Shown: one piece after another, positions 46,560 to 59,419 of the stretch | Layout of the letters: every line of letters starts with the position of its first letter | Position numbering within the stretch: position 1 is the first letter of the stretch | From: Blastocladiella emersonii ATCC 22665 | Lineage: Eukaryota; Fungi; Blastocladiomycota | Assembly (NCBI GenBank): GCA_025594325.1 | Contig: JANHCV010000004.1 | Span: forward strand, 1,736,001-1,800,000 | Direction: 5' to 3' | DNA length: 64,000 nt | Made by a program: the position numbers and the translations under genes | The notes under the pieces: generated by a model | Told to the model about the DNA's origin: nothing | What the model saw: the letters and a program-made list of their open reading frames with translations, nothing else | The model's database searches: none

Positions 46560-49500
46560 ATGTCCGCCGAGCTGCGCCGGCTCGACTTCACCCAGTCGCT
46601 GGTGCCGCGCGAGCGCAACATCCCCGCCAGCGAGCTCGTCAGGCGCCTCAAGGCCCTCAACTCGAAGCTATGCGAGCTGGGCGACTCGCAGTCGGGCACC
46701 GACCCGGCGTCGTGCGACGACGTCAAGGTCCAGCTCGTCGCCCCGTCCGTGCTGCACCACCGCGACCGCCACGTCAAGATCATGGCCTCGTGCTGCATCG
46801 GCGAGCTCTTCCGCATCTACGTGCCTGACCCGCCCTTCAGTGATCCGCAGCTCAAGGTACGGACGGTTGTTGCGATCCGCTCGATGGACCCGTTGCGCTG
46901 ACCGCATGCACCCTCCATCGGCGTCCAGGACATTTTCGAGCTGTTCGCCAACCAGCTGCAGTGCATCGACCAGTTCGACAATGCCTACCACCCCTTCTAC
47001 CTGCAGCTGTTCAGCTCGCTCGCCATCACGCGGTCCATTTCGCTCGTCGCCGACCTGGAAAACTCCGAGGAGCTCACCGTCAAGTTCTTTGACCTGACGC
47101 TGTCGCGCGTCTCGGACCAGCACCCGCCGCACATCCACGGCCACGCCGCCGAGCTCCTCATCGCCCTCATCACCGAGTGCCCCTCGCTCTCCGTCGAGAT
47201 CGCCGAGCTGCTGCTCGCACGCCTGCGCGAGCCCGAGACCTCGATCGCGCACCGCATCGCGCTCGACGTGGTGCGCGAGACGGCCGACCGCCTGCACAAG
47301 TACGTGACCCAGTACTTCATGGAGGTGGTCGTGCGCGCCGCCAAGGAGTCGATCGCCAACAAGTCGTCGCCCGCCGCGTCGGCCGCGCTCGTCGAGGCCA
47401 CCGAGGCGCACTCGCGCATGGCCGAGCTGTACATTCTCGCGCCCAAGCTGCTCCTGTCCGTGATCCCGTCGCTCGAGGAGGAGCTGGTCGTCGAGCAGGC
47501 GCCGTTCCGCACCCTCGCCACCACCACGCTCGGCAACATGCTCGCCATCTCCGCCGCGGTCGCCCCGCCGCTCGCCCGCGAGTACCCGAGCGCGTGGCGC
47601 GCGTGGTGCGGCCGCCACATCGACCGCCACACGCCCATCCGCATCCAGTGGGTCGCCCACGCCGCCGAGGTCTACAACCAGCACGCCCACCTCGACCCCA
47701 TCGGCAACGACCTCAACGCCTGCCTCGTCCGCGTCCTCACCGACCAGGACGAGAAGGTCCGCCTCGCCGCGTGCCAGATCTTTGGCAGCCAGCTCGACTT
47801 CAACGTCCTGCGCAAGCACGCGTCCGCCGCCGTCTGGGAAGCGCTCGGATCGCGCATCCGCGACAAGCGGCTCAGCGTGCGGCTCCAGGCCATGCGCTCT
47901 GTCGGATACCTGTGGCGCCGCGTCATCCACGTCGTGCTCCCCGCCAAGGTGAACCCCAAGGGGCTCGACGCTGTGGGCAACGGCGAGTCGCAGCAGGCGG
48001 GCGCGAGCGAGAGCCAGGGCGCCGGCGCCCAGTCGCAGATCTACGGTCCCGGCGCGGACGCCGCGGGCGGCGACTCGCAGTTCCAGGTCCTCGAGACCAA
48101 CCTCGACGACACGGAGATCACGGACCTGCTCACCACCTTCAAGTGGGCGCCGCGCGAGCTGCTGTCGTCCATGTACCTCAACGACAAGGAGCTGATCGCC
48201 GTTCTTGAGAACGTGCTGATCGAGACGGTCGTGCACCCCAAGGACGCGGGCGCCGCCAAGACCATGACCGACGCCGACTGGCGCGGCGCGACCGAGCGGC
48301 TGCTGTGGTTCCTCAGCGCCATCATCGACGACGACCGCGCCAAGTGCGCGTTCCACGCCGTGCTCAAGCTGCAGTCCGTGACCGTGGCCGAGCTCGGCCA
48401 CCTCGTCTCGTTCGCGGGCCGGTACTCGGCGCAGGCCGCCGCGCAGCCCGACTTGGCCGTCGAGGCGACGCTCGCGCGCCTGATCCAGGGCATGGCCGAC
48501 CGGCTCCCCGACGCGCCGCGCGCGCAGCAGACGCTCAACAAGTTCGTCAAGCTGTACGACGGGGCGTGGGGCGACGCCCTGCGCGCGCTCACGCAGTGGG
48601 GCGACCGCGACTTCCACGTCATGCGGCGCACCGCCAAGGACGTGCTGCGCAAGACCGAGGCCGCGATGCCCGGGTCCATGCAGACGCTCGGGATCCTCGC
48701 CCGCCGCGCCTCGCCCTTCATCGTGTCGCACGAGATGGTCCCGAAGCTCCTCGACCGCGTCGTCACCCAGGACCCGACCGGGTGGACGGTCCGCCTGTGC
48801 CTCGCTGCGCAGTGGCTCCTCGACTCGCTCGCCACGCTGTTCCCCGCCACCATCCAGCGGCACGTCCCCGAGCTCCTCGCGCTCCTCAACAACCACGCGC
48901 CGCGCGTCCTGCAGCTCCTCGCCCACGTCGAGTGCCGCGAGATCCCCGCCCACGACGTGGCCACGCTCACGCGCCTGGCCCGCACCCAGCCCGCGCTCGC
49001 GGCCGCCGCCGGGTCGGTGCTCGCGCGCGGCAACCACGTGGCCGCGTGCAAGGAGCTCCTCGCCAACGCCGAGGCGGTCCTCAAGGACACGGCGGCGTCC
49101 GCCGACGCCGCGTGGGGCGCGCTCACCTACCTCGCCGAGCTCGCCAAGTACCAGGTCGACCTGTACGAGGTGCGCAGCGCGGACCTGACGCAGCGCGCGA
49201 TCCGGCGGCTCGTCGAGAACACGTACTCGGTCGACGACGCGCGCGACTGGCTCGACACCGCCGAGCTGCCGGCCGAGACCCGCGCGCAGCTCGCGGCGCT
49301 GACGCTGCTCATCAACCGCGTCGCGTCCCTCGCCGCACGGCGGACTACGCTCGCGCACGCCATGGACGCGAGCCAGCCGCTCGCGCGGCTCCTCGCGCAG
49401 ATCCTCGAGCGGCGCGGCCAGCTGCACGACGACCTGCCCGCGTTCGCCGCGTCGGCGCTGCGGCAGCACGCCGGGCTCGCGATCCTCGAGCTCGCCGGGA

Positions 49501-50657
49501 TCCCGGCGCTCCGCGACCGCGTCCCGACGCTCCTGTACCTGCGGCTCGCGCAGTTGCTCGAGGACCCGCTGCAGCCCGTCCGCACCGCCGTCCTGCACGC
49601 GCTGCGCGCGCTGCTCATCGGCACCCAGACGTCGCCCCGGTTCGTGCCCCTGCTCGCGCTCGTCGCCAACGATCCCGACGAGGCGACCAAGACCAGCGCC
49701 GCGTCCCTCATCAAGGCGCTCGCGTCGCGCTCCGACACGGGGGACTCGGTCGAGCAGTCCCTCGCGCGGCTCCTCCACACGGTCGCGTTCCTCGCGCCGC
49801 CCGGCAAGCTCGCGGGCGACCTCAAGCTGTACACGCCGTACGTCGAGCTGTTCCTCGGCGCGGTCCTGCGCGCCGAGTCGGCCGCGGTCCTGTACCACAT
49901 CCTCATGAAGATCAAGGAGCACCAGGTGCGCCGCGGACTGATCCTCAAGCACGACGACGACGAGGACGAGGACGCGGCGGCGGCGGCGGCGGCGGTGCCC
50001 GCGGGCGAGGACGGCGCCGACGGCGCCGACGATAACGTGGTCCGCGCGCCGCCGCGCACCGCCGACGAGATCTCGGCGCTCGTCGACGAGAACCTGTACA
50101 CGCTCGCCGAGTGGACCGTCAAGTACCTGCGCGACAAGTGCAAGCTGCACGGGTGGCCCATCGCCACCGTCGCCGCCACCGTCGACCTCCCGCGCGAGCT
50201 CTTCACCCCGCTCAAGGGCGAGGCCGCCGAGCGTAACGTCAAGCGCGTCTACCTCCCCGCCGCCGCGGCGGTGCCGACCGGTGCGGCGCCGCTCTCGACT
50301 GCCGCTGCCGCGGCCAAGAAGCGGCCCGCGAGCGGTGGCGAGGGCAGCACGCCCGCGGCCAAGCGCGCCAAGAAGGCGGCGGCGGCGACGGCGGCCGGTA
50401 CGCCCAAGAAGAAGAAGAAGCGCGCGGCCAAGGCGGCCGACGACGGCGGCGAGCAGCCCGACACCCCGCCCCGCCGCAGCGCGCGTGCCCGCGCACGGCC
50501 CGCCAAGGGGTACCGCGACAGCTCCGACGACGAGGACGGAGGCGAGGAGCGACACTCGGACGCTGCTGCGGAAGAAGAAGAGGCGCGGCCGCGCGAGACG
50601 AGCGATGTCGAAATGTCGGAGGCCGATGAGGAGGCGGACGGAGAAGGAGCAGAGTAA
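46560..50657 (+). CDS. PDS5: Sister chromatid cohesion protein PDS5
   Basis: LVRRLKAL..VLHHRDRHVKIMASCCIGELFRIYVPDPPF; HEAT repeats; basic/acidic tail. Confidence 0.9.
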
Positions 50658-50951
50658 GAATAGACTCTCAGTTTTGGTGAAACGACACACACTGACATGA
50701 GCGACGCGGTCGTGGTCGCACGATGGAGAAGTGTCCCGACTCGGTGCAGCCGCGGACGTGCGGCTGGCCGTGATCACTTCTCTTCGGAATTCGTTGCTGA
50801 ATAGTTGCGGAATGATCGCCCACTCAACGCGATTCGGAAGGGCAGGAGGCGTCACGATGATCGAGCGAAGGCAGGAGCGGCGAAAACCGTCTTCGCCGCA
50901 GCAGCGAACGCTCGCTCCCCCCGATGTTCATGGATTATTGATCGTAAACGA

Positions 50952-51917
50952 ATGTATTTCTGGAGCGGATCCCACAAACACAACGCCAACCGCTCCGTCA
51001 ACGGACCCGACCTGCTCGCGCGGCAGGTCAGCGACGTGCTGAACGTCTACGTCGAGATGGCTGTCGCGGCGGGCGAGCCCACGCCTGTCCTCGATCGTAA
51101 TCTCATCGCGCAGGTCATTACGTGCTGCTGCTCGCCGGCTGCGGCCCACGCCCCGGCGGGTGCCCCTCCGCACCACCTGCCCGAGCGCGTGTGCGCCGCG
51201 TACCGGACGTACGCCCAGCTGTGCGCCAGCGACGGCGTCCAGGAACTCGTTCCTCCTGCGCTCGAGGTGAGCCTGACAGATCTGGACTCGTTGGCGCAGT
51301 CCTACGAGCGGGACATTCTCGCGTTTGGTTGGAGGATGGGCGACAAGTACGCGACGACGTTCGGCAAGACGCTTGTCAGCGAGGAGATTGTTGCCGAGGA
51401 GGAAACCCGGCTCAAGAACCACCTGCTCGTCGAGTGGTTCTATCGCAGCCCGATGACGGCCGAGGCGGCGGCCCACTCGACCGACCCGCTCGCTGACGCG
51501 CTCGCTGCGGTCCAGACCAAGGAGAGACCCGGCCAATTCATCCGCTCGCTCCGCCGCAGGGCAAACAAGGCGCTGCAGGACCCCACGGCCGTGAACCCGC
51601 TGCCGGCCGTCCTGCCGCCCGAGCTCCGCGTGCCGCCTGCAGAGCGCTATGACCGTATCGCCGCAACCCGGACACGGATCTGTGCGGAGGCGGGGATCAA
51701 CGTGCGAGGACTGGACTGGATGGAGCGGGTCGTGCGGCTTCGCCGGCTCCGCGACGACTACGTCCGCCGCGCGCTCGCTCCCCCTACGTTGCCGTTGGTG
51801 CGCCTGGTTCCGGAGCTCCCGCTCGCCGAGGCCGCGCTCGAGACGCCGACCAAGTCGCGTGCCAAGTCGAAGAAGAAGAAGTCTTACATCGGCAGCAAGC
51901 AACAGGGTAACCGCTGA
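50952..51917 (+). CDS. Hypothetical protein
   Basis: Long single frame with protein-like composition, Lys-rich C-terminus; start uncertain. Confidence 0.55.
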   Translation: MYFWSGSHKHNANRSVNGPDLLARQVSDVLNVYVEMAVAAGEPTPVLDRNLIAQVITCCCSPAAAHAPAGAPPHHLPERVCAAYRTYAQLCASDGVQELVPPALEVSLTDLDSLAQSYERDILAFGWRMGDKYATTFGKTLVSEEIVAEEETRLKNHLLVEWFYRSPMTAEAAAHSTDPLADALAAVQTKERPGQFIRSLRRRANKALQDPTAVNPLPAVLPPELRVPPAERYDRIAATRTRICAEAGINVRGLDWMERVVRLRRLRDDYVRRALAPPTLPLVRLVPELPLAEAALETPTKSRAKSKKKKSYIGSKQQGNR

Positions 51918-52006
51918 CGCGCTCAGAGCGGGCAGCTTGTCCGATAGCGCGGGCGCAACGCGTGCGGTGGGTGTTCGAGCAATGTGATCGTGTGTGTATG
52001 GATAGT

Positions 52007-52614
52007 TCAGTACAGGTTGGTCTTCTTCATGATGCGCAGGAAGTCGTCCTCGTTGATCTCGCCGTCGCCGTCGCGGTCGGCCTCGTCGATCATCTCCTGG
52101 AGCTCCTCGTCGGTGAGGTTCTCGCCGAGCTCGCGCGCGACACGCTTGAGGTTCTTGAAGGTGATCTTGCCCGTGCTGTCGTCGTCGAAGAGCTTGAAAG
52201 CCTTGAGGATCTCCTCGCGCGAGTCGCGCTCGGCCATTTTCCCGGCCATGAGCTCGAGAAACTCGTTGAAATCAATGGACCCGGACCCGTCGCGGTCAAT
52301 CTCGTTGATCATCTTCTTGATCTCCTCCTTCTTGGGCTCGAACCCGAGCGCGCGCATCGCCACCTTGAGCTCCTTGCTGTCGATCGACCCAGACCCGTCC
52401 GTGTCGAACAGGTCGAACGCCTCGCGGATCTCCTGCTTCTGCTCGGGCGTCAGCTCCGCGCGCGGCTTCTTGGCCCCGCCGCTCGCACCGCCCGACGCCG
52501 GCTTCTTGAACGTGGTGTTGGAGGACTACACCGCCGCGCGCGCGCGGTTGCGCCAGTGTGAGCCGGGGGTGGTCCTCGCGAGGAGCTTTCATGGGAATGC
52601 ATGTGTGCCATCAT
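52007..52614 (-). CDS. CETN: Centrin (caltractin), EF-hand protein
   Basis: [57 protein letters not shown]. Confidence 0.95.
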
Positions 52615-52851
52615 GGTGGGTGAGATTGCGTATAGTGTCCAGCGTGTGCAAGTGCAGCAGTGCGAGACGAGAGGGAGAGGGGATCGGCGGCGGCGACCCG
52701 ACCGCCCGAGCGAGCGAACGACCGTGGGACGCGTCGGTCATGCCAACGGGTCACGCGGCGCCCCCTGACACTTTGTGTACGCGTTCTCGCCGTTTCCTCA
52801 CGCTTCTCAGCATGCCCTTCTTCGTTTCGTCTACGAAACCATGTATATAAC

Positions 52852-54762
52852 TTAGTCAAGCACCGACCGGGACCCGCGCAACCCGCCCTCGCCCTCCTCA
52901 GGCGTCGCCGCTGCCGCCCGCGACTTGGGCCACAGCCCGAGCTTCTGGAGCGCCTTGATCGCCTCGCGGCGAAAGTTGCGGTCCTGCGACGCGATGATGA
53001 TGGGGTCGAGGATCGGCGCGGTGCACACGGCGAGCGTCATGGCCTGGTCAAACGTCGCGGACGCGCGCTGCCCCGTCACCATGGCCGCGATGACGTGCGC
53101 CATGAACAGGGTCCACGTAATGCACAGCACCACGAACACGAGCAGGCCGCGCCGCAGCAGGATCGCCTCGGCGCGCAGGCGCCGCAGCTCCTTTTGCCGC
53201 CGCTTGCGCCGCGAGGGGGCCGCGGGCGCGGATGCCGCGCCGCCACCCGTTGAGGTAGCGGCCTCCGACGTCGTCTCGCCGCCGCCGGCCTTGGTCGGCG
53301 ACGACGTCAACACGCCCGTCGACCCGGACCCGAGCCCGAGCGCGGCGGCCGTGGCGCCCGTGAGCGGGACGCGCGCGGCGTGGAGCGCAGCGACGTTGAT
53401 CATAGCGGCCGTGGACTCCTGGCCAGCAAGGTTCGACTCGCTCATGTTGCTGGTGCTCCCGCCGCCGTTGGTCGTAGTGGTGCGGGCGAGCGCCGAGCTC
53501 GACTCGCCCGTCTCCTCGTAGTCGGTGTCGTCGCCCTCCTCCTCGTCCTCGTCGCCGCGCACGCCGATCCCGAGCTCGGGCACCGTGAGCTTCGAGATGC
53601 GCCGCATCTGCCGCCCGACCGTCGCCGTGAACCGCATGATGGTCATGTGCAGCGCACCACCACCGCTGCTCTGGCTGCCGCGCGGGGACGCGCCGGCGTG
53701 CGTCGCCGTGTGCGGGAGCTTGTCGATGTCGAGCGGGACCGAGTCGACCTGGAACGAGAGCCGCGTGGCCGAGGTTGGCGACGCGGTCGCGCCCGGCACG
53801 GCGAGCGAGACAGACTTGATTGCCGGCGGTAGGTGGGCTGCTGGCGCGGGGACCGGGTCGGGACCCGCCGCGCGAGCAGGTGGCGACGGCGACGTGTCCT
53901 CGATCGCGGGGACAGGCGGCGGCATCGGCGTCGTTGGAGGCGCGGCCGGCTGGGCCGGCGGGGCCATGACGCCCGCGATCTGCTTGGCGCGGAGCTTGTT
54001 GGCTTTCCGAAAGTTGATGCGCAGCTGCCGGATGATGCCCGCGTAGACGACTAGACAGTGGATCGCGTCAGCATGGCCATCTCGAAGAAACGAGTGATTC
54101 GGCGGCAACGTACTGACGACGAGCACGACGTTGAGGTTGATGAGCGACACATCGAAGATAGACAATATCAGCATGAACCTCGGCTGCGCAAAGGCGGGCC
54201 CGCAGAACAACCCGCTGTTTGAAATGATGGGCGTGTTGCTCGCGAACCAGTGGAGCAGCGTCGCGACGGCGCCGAGCCCCCACGCGTTCCCGGCCGACAT
54301 CCACACGGCGCGCGGCGGGAGTTTCTTGATGCGGATGATTGAGATGTACCGCTCGGCCGACACCGAGACGGAGATCATGACCAGCGACGTGAGGAAGAAG
54401 ACGTTGAAGGACGAGTCGAACACGCAGTGGCCCATCTCCCACCGCCGGTTAATGACGAAAACGGCCTTGCTGATGAAGATACACAGCGCATAGACGCAGT
54501 TCGTGACGCAGACCAGGATCGAGAGGAGGTTGGCCGAGTTGGCGCGGTGCAGCCTCGTCGAGAACCCGATCCAGACGACGAACAGGTTCAGAAGGAAGCC
54601 CGCGGCGGCCTGCGCCATGCCCACGCTGTTGACGGCGATGGCGTCCGCCAGGCTCGCCTGGAAGTCGAGCGGGTCCCACACGTCGCGGTGCGCCAGCGCG
54701 TATAGGTCGTCGGTGCTCCATGTCGTGCCCGTTGCATTGGGTGCCAGTTGTGGTGCGTTCAT
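52852..54762 (-). CDS. Rhodopsin-like (class A) GPCR, paralog A; in-frame 63-nt intron 54051-54113
   Basis: TM3 HC..SAERY; ECL2 SGLFC; long ICL3; TM7 APILDPIII. Confidence 0.85.
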   Translation of the reverse strand: MNAPQLAPNATGTTWSTDDLYALAHRDVWDPLDFQASLADAIAVNSVGMAQAAAGFLLNLFVVWIGFSTRLHRANSANLLSILVCVTNCVYALCIFISKAVFVINRRWEMGHCVFDSSFNVFFLTSLVMISVSVSAERYISIIRIKKLPPRAVWMSAGNAWGLGAVATLLHWFASNTPIISNSGLFCGPAFAQPRFMLILSIFDVSLINLNVVLVVSTLPPNHSFLRDGHADAIHCLVVYAGIIRQLRINFRKANKLRAKQIAGVMAPPAQPAAPPTTPMPPPVPAIEDTSPSPPARAAGPDPVPAPAAHLPPAIKSVSLAVPGATASPTSATRLSFQVDSVPLDIDKLPHTATHAGASPRGSQSSGGGALHMTIMRFTATVGRQMRRISKLTVPELGIGVRGDEDEEEGDDTDYEETGESSSALARTTTTNGGGSTSNMSESNLAGQESTAAMINVAALHAARVPLTGATAAALGLGSGSTGVLTSSPTKAGGGETTSEAATSTGGGAASAPAAPSRRKRRQKELRRLRAEAILLRRGLLVFVVLCITWTLFMAHVIAAMVTGQRASATFDQAMTLAVCTAPILDPIIIASQDRNFRREAIKALQKLGLWPKSRAAAATPEEGEGGLRGSRSVLD

Positions 54763-55151
54763 TTGCGCAGCTTGTTCATGAGTTCATGGTGGTGGTGGTC
54801 CGTCGTTAAGGGAGCTGGGATGTCTGCTGCGTCTCGGATTCCAGCACTCTGGACGCGTGAAGGGAGACACGGCTACACGGCTGGGAGACGATACGGGACT
54901 TGAGCGCCGGCCCGTTCCTGTTCCCGTGTTTCTCCCGCCGCTCGCGACCGTGGTCGGATTCCGGATCGAGGACACAGCAGTCAACAGGGAGACCAGCGAG
55001 CGGGACGCCGATTACCGGCGCTGAGCCACCGAAGGCTGAGCCACCGCCACCCCCACTCCAAGCTGAGCCACTGCTGAGCTTCGTCGTGTTCGAGTTCGTG
55101 GTTCGACACCGAGGAGGAGCACATATAACCTTTGTGTATCACACCGCTGAA

Positions 55152-57476
55152 TCACCAAGGCGAGAGGATATCCCCACCCCCGCCACCTCCACCCGTCGTC
55201 CCTCCACCACTGACCGCCGACCCGACCCCGTGGCGGTCCGCGCCGCTCGCCGCGAACACGGTCGAGACCGCTGCCGCGGGCCCCGCCGCTGTCGTCGACG
55301 ACGACACGGGCCGACCCTTGAGCCACTCGACGTTCCACCCTCGCGCGCGCAGTGTCTTGAACAGCGCGAGCCGGTACGCGTTGTCCTGGTAGAAGACGAT
55401 GAGCGGGTCGACGACGGGGCTGAAGCAGATGCCGATGCACAGGACGATATCGAACTCGATGCTGGTGCGGTGCTGCGTGATCATGGTCTGGATGATCTGC
55501 ACGCCGAACAGCAGCCACGTCAGGAAGAAGGTCGAGAAGATGAGCACGCCGCGCTTCACGAGCAGCGACTCGATCCGCAGCTGCCGCATCATGCGCCGGC
55601 CCTGGTCGCGCTTCGACTTTTCCGCGGGCGATGACGACGTCGCAGCGAAAGACGGGGCGCCCGGCGAACCGCGCGCCCCAGCGGCACCACCTCCAACCGA
55701 CGTCGTCGACATCCCCGCCGCGAGCGACGCCGCGGACGCCGCGTTGAGCGCCATCTGGCTCGGCGTCGTACCAGTCGGCGGACTGGGCTGCGACGCGTTG
55801 AGCCCGGGCGCCGACCCGAGCCCGTCGGCGAGCGACCCGATGCTCGGGTGCAGCTTGCTCGCGCTACTGTTCGGCGTGCTCGACGCGCTCGCATTGCTGA
55901 TGGGCGTGCCGGAAGCGAGCAGCGCCGAGTGCCCGTGGACCATCTTGAGGCCCTTGCGCCCGCCGCTGGTCCCGGACCGCGCGGCAGCGAGCGCCGCGGC
56001 CGCGGGGTTCATCTGCGACAGCCGGCGCAGGCCAACGCGCAGGGTCACGGACATCCGCTTGAACGAGCGCACGGGGAGGGCGGACTGGAACGTCGACGAC
56101 GGTGACTGCGGTGGCGGGGCCGTCTCGGGTGGCTCCGTCGGCGACGATGCGGACCGCGGCACCGTCGCTGCCGTGATGACCGTGGCCACGAGCGGCGCGT
56201 TACTCGGCGTCTCGGACGGCGGGCCGGGCGAGACGGGGCCCTCGGGTACCATGAGGTCCTGCAGCGCGGCCTTGACGTCGGACACGCGCGGGGTGGCGAA
56301 CTCGGACGGCTGCGGCGAGACCTCGTCGGCCGATGAGAAGCTCGGGATGGTCGCGAGCCCGCCAATGAAGGACGGCGCCGCGGGGGCCGGGGCGCGGGCG
56401 AGCGTGGGTCCGTAGGCCCCGCTGCGCACGCCGCCGCGCTCGAGCGTCTTGGCGATCTCGTTGAGCTGCGCCGAGACGGGCGCGGCGGTGCGTTTGTTGG
56501 ACTTGGCGACCTCGGCGGGCGCGGCGGTGGCGGGCTGGTTGCGCAGCTTGGTGATGACGCGGAACGAGTTGCGCAGGCTGCGGATGATGGCGATATACAC
56601 GACTAGCGCACGCGGGGGACCGAGTCAGTGCCAGCGAGCGCGACACGATGAGTCGGCTCGACGTACCGATCACAGCGACCATGTTCGTGTTCATGAGGAA
56701 CAGGTCGACGGCCGTGAACGCGCGCGCGACGAACCGGTCGGACCCGAACGGCGGGAAACAGAAGAGCCCGGAGCTGCTGACGATGGGCATCGGCGACGCC
56801 CACCAGTGCAGTGCGCTGCTACCGAGGGCGTAGACGTACACGCCGATGGCGCCACTCACGATGACCTTGGGCGGCAGCTTGTAGAGCCGCACGATCGACA
56901 GGTACCGCTCGATGCTGACCATGAGCAGCGTCGCCACGATGCACGTCAGGAAGAAGACGTTGGCCGCGGCGTCGAGCTTGCAGTGGATCTGTCAATGGGA
57001 TGGACGGGTCAGTGGCGGCCGAGGGAGGCGACGGCGACGGCGACGTAAGCGTACCAGCTCCCATTCTTGTCGGTACAGGAACACGATCTTGGTCGAGAAG
57101 ATGAACACGCCGTAGAGAAAGTGCGTTAAACTACGCGGCCGCAGCGGATCGTGGGTGTCAGTCAGCGCTCACACAGCACAATCCCATCGCGGACTGACAC
57201 TCACCTTAGCTGCTGCGTCAAGATGTTGGCCGAGTTATTCCTGTGCAGCTTGTGGACCCATCCGACGTAGAGCTGCACCGTGTTGAGGACAATGACGACG
57301 GCGGCCTGGGCGAGGTTGAAGGCGTTGAGCCCGACGGCCGCGGCGAGCGGGAGCTTGAAGTTGAGCGGGTCGAACTGCGCGTCGCCCATGGCCTCCCACT
57401 CGACCATCGAGTCGACGAAGCGCCGCGGCGGTGGTGGGAATGTCCATGCAGTTTCATTGCTCACGGTGGCGGCCAT
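55152..57476 (-). CDS. Rhodopsin-like (class A) GPCR, paralog B, 4 exons
   Basis: IHC..SIERY; SGLFC; SPVVDPLIVFY; colinear with paralog A. Confidence 0.85.
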
Positions 57477-57930
57477 GTTTCGAGGAGTTGGATCATGGTT
57501 GGTTGGAGGAGGGGGGAGATGAGCGGGGCGGGATGGGTGCCTCGATCACCCGGTCTTCGAGCGAGCCGGGCCTGTGTATCGCGAACATGTTTCTCGTTGG
57601 AGACGCGCGCACGAGACTTGGACGGGTGCTCAGAGTGTGCGGCGCGGCAGACGCGGTGCGTGTGCGATGGGTTGTGGCGGTGCGAGACACGCGAGACGCG
57701 TCTCTCGCTCAGAAAACGTGATATCGCGACGCGTCAACGAGCCGCCGACTCGCTCCCGACACCCCTGATCTCGAGCAGGTCCAGCGGTGAAGCAAAAATC
57801 ACCTTCCATTGAACTCTTTGCATACGCCAACACCAATCACAAAGGAGACTTAGCGCTGGGCGTAGGCGATGGTGCCGAGGACCAGGAGCACGCCCCACAG
57901 GCCCCAGTAGAAGGACGACGGACCATCTAG

Positions 57931-59022
57931 TCACAGCTCCTCCTTGGCGATCTTGTCCGAGACGACGGCGGCGGGCTTCTCGGCGGGCTTCTCGGGGGTG
58001 GCGGGCTTGTCCTCCTCGACGAGCTCGCCCGACTTGGCGATCAGGACCTCCTTCTTGGGGCGGTCGGCTACGGGCACGCGCGGATCGAGGTCAGACGGTG
58101 AGTTTGAAGGTCCCCGAGCTCGCAGACAGCGCAAAGAAAACGTACAGTAGTCGGTGGGGCTGTTTTCGATCTTCCGGACGACGTCCATGCCCTCCAGGAC
58201 CTTGCCGAACACAACATGCCGTCCATCGAGCCAAGAAGTCACAATCGTAGTGATGAAGAACTGCGATCCGTTGGTATCGGGCCCGGCGTTGGCCATGGAG
58301 AGGTAGCCGGGGGTAGCGTGGGTGAGCCTGTTGTGAGGGGTGTGGGTCAGCTCAAGGTCACGTCCGGGTCAGTCGCGCGCGAACGTACTCGAAGTTCTCG
58401 TCCTCGAACTTCTGCTGGAACTCCTTGCCCTCCTTGCCGGGGACGTAGAAGGCGCTGTGGCCGCCGCGGCCGTTGCCGAGGGTGAAGTCGCCGCCCTAGA
58501 CCGACCGACCGACGCGCGAGAGTAGCGGTAAGTCGTGCGCGTTCACCGACCACAGTCGCGCCGCCGCCGGCCAGTGCACGTACCTGGATCATAAAGTCCT
58601 TGATGACGCGGTGGAACTTGCTGCCCTGGTACCCGACGCCGCGCTCGCCCGTGGCGAGCAGGCGGAAGTTCTCGGCCGTTTTCGGAACCACCTACCGCGA
58701 CTTGACGTCAGTTTCGCCCCGCAAAACCCCCCTAAGAGAGCGCGCGTACCTTGCCGAAGAGGCCCATGACGATCCGGCCAGCGGGCTCGCCGCCGATGGT
58801 GATGTCGAAGTAGACCTTGTTGGTGATCTCGGCAGCTTCAGAGCGGGCACGCCCGGCGCGTTCCACACGAGTGGGCGGTGGTTAGACCCGTGAGCGGGAC
58901 GGCGGGACGGCGTGGCGAGGAGGGGATGGGGTCGAGTACTTACTCTGGGCCGCGGCGCGGACGTTGTAGACGAGCGCGAGGACCACGACCACGAGGGCCA
59001 GGACGACGTTGCTGGAGAACAT
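57931..59022 (-). CDS. ER cyclophilin (cyclophilin B-like) with signal peptide and C-terminal KEEL
   Basis: [15 protein letters not shown]; [29 protein letters not shown]. Confidence 0.95.
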
Positions 59023-59419
59023 GGTTGGTTGCAGGCAGGCAGGCAGGCGTCGATACAGTGCAAGTGTGTGGACGGTCGCTGACAAAGGGTCAAAGCGAGG
59101 GCGAAGGGAGAGAGAGCGCGAAAAGGGCGGACGGGCGCGTGGGGCGGCGGCGGCGGCGCGACGAACGAACGCGACATTGACAGCGTGGCGATCGTCACCT
59201 GACGCGCGCGCCACGTGGAAGACGCGAGAACTGGCAGGCTCTCGTCGCGCTGCTCATCGCGCCCGACTTCGCGCCTCGCAGCTGACCGTCGCGACCTCTG
59301 CAACCAAGCTGTGCCGCTATCGGAACATATGAATGAACGACGCTGGATTGATGTACATCTATCAGGGAGAATATCAAATCGAACAAGTGGAGTGGAGTGG
59401 AGCGGGGCGGCCGGCGAGC

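Noticed and set aside
52852-57476. GPCRs as light-sensing type II opsins
   Set aside because: No Lys at the retinal-binding position by motif counting.
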